Positions 63,295-64,000 of a DNA stretch of 64,000 nt are shown piece by piece. Numbering within the stretch: the first letter of the stretch is position 1; each line of letters opens with the position of its first letter. This stretch comes from Malacoraja senta (lineage: Eukaryota). The notes beneath the pieces are model-generated. The model had not been told where the DNA came from and made no database searches. It was given only the letters and a program-made list of their open reading frames with translations. Position numbers and translations under genes: made by a program. The stretch spans positions 620,001 to 684,000 of the forward strand of contig CM075981.1 of the NCBI GenBank assembly GCA_038087875.1, in the 5' to 3' direction.

Positions 63295-63837
63295 CCAGAT
63301 GGGTCTTTCAAAAGCATCGTGTTATAGGAAAGATGTTGTCTAGCTGGAAAGGATACAGAGAAGATTTATGAGGATGTTGCCAGGATTACATGGTCTGAGC
63401 TATAGTGAGGTTGAGTAGGCTGGGATTCCATTCCTTGGAGCGCAGGAGGATGAGCGGTGATCTTATAGAGATGTATAAAATTACAAGAGGAATAGATTGG
63501 GTAGATGCACAGTGTCACTTTCCCAGTGCAGGTGAATCGGGGACCAGAGGACATAGGTGTAATGTGAAGGGGAAAAGATTCAATAGGAATCTGAGGGGTA
63601 ACTTTTTCACAGAAAGGGTGGTGGGTATATGGAACAAACTGCCAGAGGAGGTAGTGAGGCAGGGACTATCCTAACGTTTTAGATACAGTTAGATAGGGTA
63701 CTTGGATAGGACAGGTTTGGAGGGATATGGGGCAAATGCGAGCAGGTGGAACTAGTGTAGCTGGCCTGGGACATGTTGGCTGGTGTCGGCAAGTTGGGCA
63801 GAAGGGCCTGTTTCCACACTGAGTCACACTATGACTG
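63295..63837 (+). mobile_element. CR1 LINE 3' fragment
   Basis: SLERRRMSGDLIEMYKI...RGHR...FFTERVV followed by a CR1 3' UTR. Confidence 0.85.
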
Positions 63838-64000
63838 TGTATATAGCAATTATTTTGGAAAAGAACTTCATGAAAGCATTTGAAGGGATTTCTACTGTAA
63901 AACCAAGGTAATGTGTCTGTGTCTGAGGGTGAATCCAGAAGTTAACCCTCACTCTTGTTTAGGGAGTTTGTACGTTCTCCCCGTGACCGCCTGGGTTTTC

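Noticed and set aside
63848-63906. Possible plus-strand exon IILEKNFMKAFEGISTVKP with donor gtaatg
   Set aside because: Weak acceptor, no recognisable homology and no partner exons in the window.

Overview
Repeat-rich vertebrate genomic DNA, most likely from a cartilaginous fish (skate/ray). This is inferred from the abundant V-SINEs with CR1-type tails, CR1 LINEs and Penelope relics; no prokaryotic features are present. Genes reconstructed by hand from splice sites and reading phase: (1) the last four exons of an AHCYL1/IRBIT-type gene on + (914-982, 2697-2775, 3323-3443, 6191-). Its terminal exon and 3' UTR lie in a 6.6/7.8-kb tandem duplication (4566-11175 / 11183-19022). (2) Two paralogous CD300/pIgR-like receptor genes on the minus strand (gene A 22558-32039, gene B 42864-56004), each with leader, two Ig-V exons, stalk, TM and an ITIM-type tail. 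As assembled, gene A's tail and gene B's leader carry single-base frame problems. RNA-structure highlights: a ~130-bp retroposon (two copies, 11-12-bp TSDs) whose 5' end folds as a CPEB3/HDV-like self-cleaving ribozyme, one copy in sense orientation in an AHCYL1 intron; and many minimal hammerhead-ribozyme motifs in Penelope-derived fold-back repeats. There is one assembly gap (43420-43636). All coordinates and structures were read by eye; repeat boundaries are approximate.
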